A DNA stretch of 10,637 nt from an uncultured archaeon (lineage in GTDB: Archaea; Asgardarchaeota; Lokiarchaeia; Sigyniarchaeales; SOKP01), in the NCBI GenBank assembly GCA_964493715.1, contig CAZBPC010000104.1, positions 1-10,637 on the forward strand. The letters run 5' to 3'. Shown here piece after piece: positions 6,788 through 10,637 of this stretch (its first letter is position 1; each line of letters begins with the position of its first letter). The position numbers and the translations under genes were made by a program. The notes beneath the pieces are model-generated. The model did not search any database. It was not told the origin of the DNA and saw only the letters and a list, made by a program, of their open reading frames with translations.

Positions 6788-7444
6788 ATGGACATTTCTA
6801 AATTTAATAAAGAATTAGGCTATCGGGTTGCGAAAGCTCAAGGATTAGAAAAAAATAATAGGATAAAAGAGGCTATTAAGGAGTGGTTAGGCATTTCAGA
6901 TTTAGTGTTAAAAGTCACAAAAACCCCTAATCTGAATTTTTCATACAAATCGATGCTAATTGAGAAAATGACACAGATAATGGAACATGTGAAGATGCTA
7001 AAAGCTCAAATATACGTTCCTAAAACTGAACCGATTAACCTTGAAGAAGAAGTTCCATCCGAAGACTTGATAACTTTAACACGAGAAGATAAAGAGAAAT
7101 ATCTATTGGAACCAAGCCTCTCTATAAAAAAGTCTAAGACTGAAAAACCTAAGGTCATTGATGACAGTGAATTTAAAAACATTCCTAAAGGTTTTAAGGA
7201 GATTGAAGCCCCAAAAGATTTTAAAATCATTACACCTCACGATGAGGATTTTATTAAAAATATCCTAAAAGTGGATGTTGATATGAATGGTTCAGAACAT
7301 GATGACCAAAAAAATGTTATGCAAAATTCTCGAACCCCATTTGAACCATCTAAAGATGGTAAATCAGAATTTTGTTTTGCTTGTGGTGCAGAAATATCAC
7401 CAAAACAAAAAACTTGTCCATCCTGTGGAACCAAACTTAAGTGA
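6788..7444 (+). CDS. MIT-like three-helix domain, acidic/Pro-rich linker and C-terminal zinc ribbon
   Basis: The N-terminus VAKAQGLEKNNRIKEAIKEWLGISDLVL...LIEKMTQIMEHVKMLK matches the MIT pattern (A..E......EA...Y/W; K...Y......LK). The C-terminus is CFACG-x9-CPSCG. Confidence 0.8.
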   Translation: MDISKFNKELGYRVAKAQGLEKNNRIKEAIKEWLGISDLVLKVTKTPNLNFSYKSMLIEKMTQIMEHVKMLKAQIYVPKTEPINLEEEVPSEDLITLTREDKEKYLLEPSLSIKKSKTEKPKVIDDSEFKNIPKGFKEIEAPKDFKIITPHDEDFIKNILKVDVDMNGSEHDDQKNVMQNSRTPFEPSKDGKSEFCFACGAEISPKQKTCPSCGTKLK

Positions 7445-7458
7445 ATGAATCAGATTAT

Positions 7459-8142
7459 TTAAAAATTATAGAATTTATTTGCGTCTTCAAGGTAAAAAAC
7501 TCCAAACCGTTCTTTCCTCCTTCTCTTTAGTGTTTCACGCCCCATACTTGAATCTTTCAGGCATAATTGCGTTTTATATAACCCCATTATGTCATATAAT
7601 CTATCACGATATCTTGCCATTTCTATTTTTATTTGTTTATCCATTGAGACTTTTAGGACATTATAAATAGCATAAACATAGAACTCAACTTGTTCTAATC
7701 CTAAAAGAATAGCAGCATTTTTTGCTATAATATGAGTTGCTTGATGATCGACATGGTTGTTATTATTACTTGGTAAAACAATCCGATTAGCATCCTTAAT
7801 AATATTAACTGCCAATTTAACACCATCGTCAATTCGGTTTGAAGCTCCTTGATCATAAAATTTAAACAGATGAGTATTTTCTTTTTTGAATCCAAATGAT
7901 TTCGCAACTTCCTCGGCTTCTTTAAGACCTATTTCAGCAATTTCATCTTCATTTAAATTAGAATATGGTTTTGCCATCTCCTCGATCAATTGATCATGAG
8001 CTCGGCCCCAAGAAATCAACACGCGATTATCAGTAACATATATTATATGGACCTCATGACCTTCATCCATCCATTTTAAAATACTTCCCCCACATCCATA
8101 AATTTCATCATCTGGATGTGGAGCAAAAATGATAATTTTCAT
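7459..8142 (-). CDS. PIG-L/LmbE family N-acetylhexosamine deacetylase
   Basis: Zinc-binding motifs FAPHPDDE(x)YGCGG and HVDH (HxDH), with a beta-strand HIIYVTD between them. Confidence 0.93.
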   Translation of the reverse strand: MKIIIFAPHPDDEIYGCGGSILKWMDEGHEVHIIYVTDNRVLISWGRAHDQLIEEMAKPYSNLNEDEIAEIGLKEAEEVAKSFGFKKENTHLFKFYDQGASNRIDDGVKLAVNIIKDANRIVLPSNNNNHVDHQATHIIAKNAAILLGLEQVEFYVYAIYNVLKVSMDKQIKIEMARYRDRLYDIMGLYKTQLCLKDSSMGRETLKRRRKERFGVFYLEDANKFYNF

Positions 8143-8187
8143 AATCAGCTAAATATCTCCTTGGGATTTATTTTATCATATTTTTAA

Positions 8188-8883
8188 TTATAAAAATTTG
8201 ATGTTTATATCGAAATAAGAATCCTTTTTATCTTCCGCGACATAAATTTCCTTGATATTACAAGATACTTCAGATTTTAACGCTCTAGATAAAATTCCTT
8301 CAGTTATGCCACATATAATATAAATGTGATAAGTATAATCCTCTGAATCTTCTAAAAATGAAGAATTATTAAATCTAAACGTCGCTCTCTTACCTTTCAA
8401 GTCACTATCAATTATCGAGATTTCAATATTTGGTTGAAAAATATCATAGACGGGATAAAAATTTTTGAAACTCTCCAAATGAATTCGTGAAATGGGAACA
8501 TCCTTTAGACTTTTAAGTTGTTTGTAAACATTAGGGCCAAATGTAAATTTAATTTCCTTTACTGCTTCGCGACCTACTTTTTTAGCTAATTCTTCAGTTC
8601 CAGGCAAGTATTGTTTAAATCTTTTAATTAATGCCTTATAATATGAAACTGCGAAGTCTAGTGGAATATAGCTATTTTTTGTTGTAAAGTAAAGATTATA
8701 CACTCCAATTTTTTTTTGAAATATTTCTTTCTTGACTTCCATAATGGAAACATACTTTGATATAGTATTTCTTGAAAAACCAGTGAATTTAGCTATATCT
8801 GACACCGTTATTCCTCCAGGATGGTTTCTAATGCATTCTAAGACTTCCTTTTCATAATTAATCTTTTGATCTTTAATTGAAAT
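8188..8883 (-). CDS. Winged-HTH plus V4R-like transcriptional regulator
   Basis: HTH: YEKEVLECIRNHPGGITVSDIAKFTGFSRNTISKYVSIME...KKIGVYNLY. C-terminal V4R/HNOB-like features: AKKVGREA and ICGITEGILSRAL. The track starts at GTG 8805, but the frame is open up to a TAA at 8901-8899; the start proposed here is ATT 8883 (uncertain). Confidence 0.85.
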   Translation of the reverse strand: MSIKDQKINYEKEVLECIRNHPGGITVSDIAKFTGFSRNTISKYVSIMEVKKEIFQKKIGVYNLYFTTKNSYIPLDFAVSYYKALIKRFKQYLPGTEELAKKVGREAVKEIKFTFGPNVYKQLKSLKDVPISRIHLESFKNFYPVYDIFQPNIEISIIDSDLKGKRATFRFNNSSFLEDSEDYTYHIYIICGITEGILSRALKSEVSCNIKEIYVAEDKKDSYFDINIKFL

Positions 8884-8917
8884 TGTGTTTCCACCTTTTT
8901 ACATTTAAATTTTACCT

Positions 8918-8965
8918 ATGATCATCACGACTGATCATTAGTAATTGATAGTATTTTTATTTAAA
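8918..8965 (-). promoter_or_regulatory. Putative promoter of the regulator (TATA TTTAAATA at 8965-8958) with operator-like site 1
   Basis: The inverted repeat ATGATCA-N7-TGATCAT at 8918-8938 lies downstream of the minus-strand TATA. Confidence 0.55.
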
Positions 8966-9051
8966 AAAACTATTAGGAAACAAAAAATAAATAATTTTTA
9001 ACTTTTTTCTTAAAAATCTCAATTCTTTTATATGAGGATTAGGAATGATAA

Positions 9052-9091
9052 GAAAAGATTTATATACGAAATCATCAAAATTGATCATTAG
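9052..9091 (+). promoter_or_regulatory. BRE-TATA (GAAAAGA TTTATATA) with operator-like site 2
   Basis: A purine-rich BRE directly precedes TTTATATA (9059-9066). ATCATCAAAATTGATCATTAG at 9071-9091 matches 8921-8941 at 18 of 21 positions. Confidence 0.6.
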
Positions 9092-9131
9092 ATGTAATCA
9101 ATACTGCTCAAATCTAAAAAAGTGAAAAAAA

Positions 9132-10637
9132 ATGTCGAGAAGGGGTACAATCACTCTGGTTTGTCTTTTAGCAATTGGATCAGGAGTAATACCAGCTGGA
9201 TTGCTTATCAACAATACTATTTTAAATGAAGTTGCAAATTCGATTGATGAAGGTCTTTTAGGAATTCAAGAAGAAGCTCTCCCAATGATTGAATCAATGA
9301 TCGCGGAATCGGGAATACCCAGAGCACTAAGAGATATTAAAATGATAGGATTGAGCGAAACTGAAGCTATTGTAAATGCTACCTTTTTCATGTTTGTTTT
9401 AAACATGACACTAAATGAACCTGCTGTTCTTGGAGTAGTCCCTATTAATTTATTTTTTGATCGCTGGATTCAGTGGATCCTAATCATACCAGTGACTTTC
9501 AGTTCAGCGATGCAAAATATGGGATATCCTCCTATAAAAGGGATTTCAGAATATTTCCAACAAGATTTATGGTATGGAAATGCGAAATATATTTTGATGG
9601 AGGGAACAAATACTCTTCCTGGACTGATAGGAAATACTACTTTAGGAACAGGTGTATTAAATTTCCTTAATTTATATGATCGTGCTATTGGTAATATAAC
9701 CCTTGAACAAGCATTATCAATTGGATACAATACTACTTGGAATAAATTGACAAAATTGACTGAATATTATCGGAACTATTTTGTACCAATAGCAATTCCA
9801 ATGATTGTAGCACAATTAGATATTTTAATGCCAGAATATTCTGGAATGGACACAAAATCTATAGCTGAAATGTATTACTTTGCTCAATGGGCAAATTGTT
9901 CGATGTTTGAAGATGGAATTAATTTAGGTGATATGGTAGATGATCTGAATGAGCCAGTTTATGGATTCGAACTCGATAGATCCATTCCTTCAAATATTAC
10001 CAAATTATCATGTGAATTATTATGGGAGGATAATCATCCTTATTCACTTACAAATGATACAGGAATTAATGAATGGATAAAAGCAAGAGATAATAAGACT
10101 AAATTAGAAGAATTAAGAACAGAATTCTTTCTGGAATATTATCAAGTTAAAATGATCGATCAATGGTTATGGAATGCATCATTTAAATGGGATATCATGC
10201 CTATCCTCATCACACTTCCACCTCCTTTAGGAGAGGGAATGAAGCTTGAAGATTTTGCATTAGTTATTTTTTTAGAAGTATGGACAAATGGTACTGCAGA
10301 TGGTAGAAAGTTATTTCCTTACGGATTTCCTCTTGAAATGCAAGCAACAACAGCTTATGGGTTTGAAATCGGATATCAGAGTCAAACAAAACCAGTAATT
10401 TCAACAAATATCTCACTTTCTTCAGCAAGATCTTTATGGAACACCTCAAGTCCATTTTCACTTATCACAAAAAATGGTGTAAAAGAATGGTTTAAAGCTG
10501 TTGATGATCCCAATTCGGCAACTGCTTATGGATTAAAAATAGCAAATGGCTTGGAGGATGAACAATTGCTAATGGTTTTATCTTGGTTACCTCGATTTAA
10601 AAATAATGTCATGCCATTTTTAGCTCAAGAGGAAATG
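9132..10637 (+). CDS. Large exported or membrane-anchored repeat glycoprotein, 3'-truncated (at least 502 aa; not in the ORF track)
   Basis: Hand translation is open from ATG 9132 to the window end. MSRRGTITLVCLLAIGSGVIPAGLLI is a signal/anchor segment. Internal ~130-aa repeats are present and 14 N-x-S/T sequons were counted. Confidence 0.9.
   Translation, partial: MSRRGTITLVCLLAIGSGVIPAGLLINNTILNEVANSIDEGLLGIQEEALPMIESMIAESGIPRALRDIKMIGLSETEAIVNATFFMFVLNMTLNEPAVLGVVPINLFFDRWIQWILIIPVTFSSAMQNMGYPPIKGISEYFQQDLWYGNAKYILMEGTNTLPGLIGNTTLGTGVLNFLNLYDRAIGNITLEQALSIGYNTTWNKLTKLTEYYRNYFVPIAIPMIVAQLDILMPEYSGMDTKSIAEMYYFAQWANCSMFEDGINLGDMVDDLNEPVYGFELDRSIPSNITKLSCELLWEDNHPYSLTNDTGINEWIKARDNKTKLEELRTEFFLEYYQVKMIDQWLWNASFKWDIMPILITLPPPLGEGMKLEDFALVIFLEVWTNGTADGRKLFPYGFPLEMQATTAYGFEIGYQSQTKPVISTNISLSSARSLWNTSSPFSLITKNGVKEWFKAVDDPNSATAYGLKIANGLEDEQLLMVLSWLPRFKNNVMPFLAQEEM

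Noticed and set aside
7006-7434. Track ORFs 7006..7230 (-) and 7237..7434 (-)
   Set aside because: Antisense shadows of the MIT/zinc-ribbon gene with Ser/Phe-rich mirror composition.
2920-7444. Selenocysteine read-through at the TGA stops of 2338..2934, 2920..3432, rps30e and 6788..7444
   Set aside because: These TGAs fall at natural protein ends, not at catalytic Cys positions, and I saw no convincing SECIS hairpin.
7479-7907. Track ORFs 7479..7670 (+) and 7725..7907 (-)
   Set aside because: Nested in the well-supported PIG-L deacetylase gene.
9470-10461. Track ORFs 9470..9730 (-), 9473..9670 (+) and 10264..10461 (-)
   Set aside because: Shadows of the long + strand ORF from 9132, which the track presumably omitted because its stop lies outside the window.

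Overview
AT-rich archaeal chromosomal window, most consistent with an Asgard archaeon of the Lokiarchaeia type. This is an inference from the stand-alone archaeal eS30, the intron-containing archaeal tRNA, and the Rab-like, MIT, V4R and many zinc-ribbon proteins. In order it holds: the 5' stub of an aldo/keto reductase; an unannotated 41-aa coiled-coil ORF; a wHTH-like/Rab-like pseudo-GTPase fusion with 19-bp-periodic repeats in its promoter; a small hypothetical protein; a tRNA-Trp(CCA) split by three introns (D-arm, anticodon loop, T-loop); a membrane protein; a membrane-anchored multi-zinc-ribbon protein; an unannotated 50-aa zinc-ribbon ORF; rps30e; a PH-like protein; a TPR protein; an MIT plus zinc-ribbon protein; a PIG-L/LmbE deacetylase; and a wHTH-V4R regulator that probably starts at ATT. 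A divergent ORF of at least 502 codons, missing from the ORF track, runs off the right edge; it encodes a sequon-rich exported repeat protein and shares twin operator-like sites with the regulator. No integrase, intact transposase or CRISPR array was seen. All protein family calls are by-eye motif recognition, not database results.
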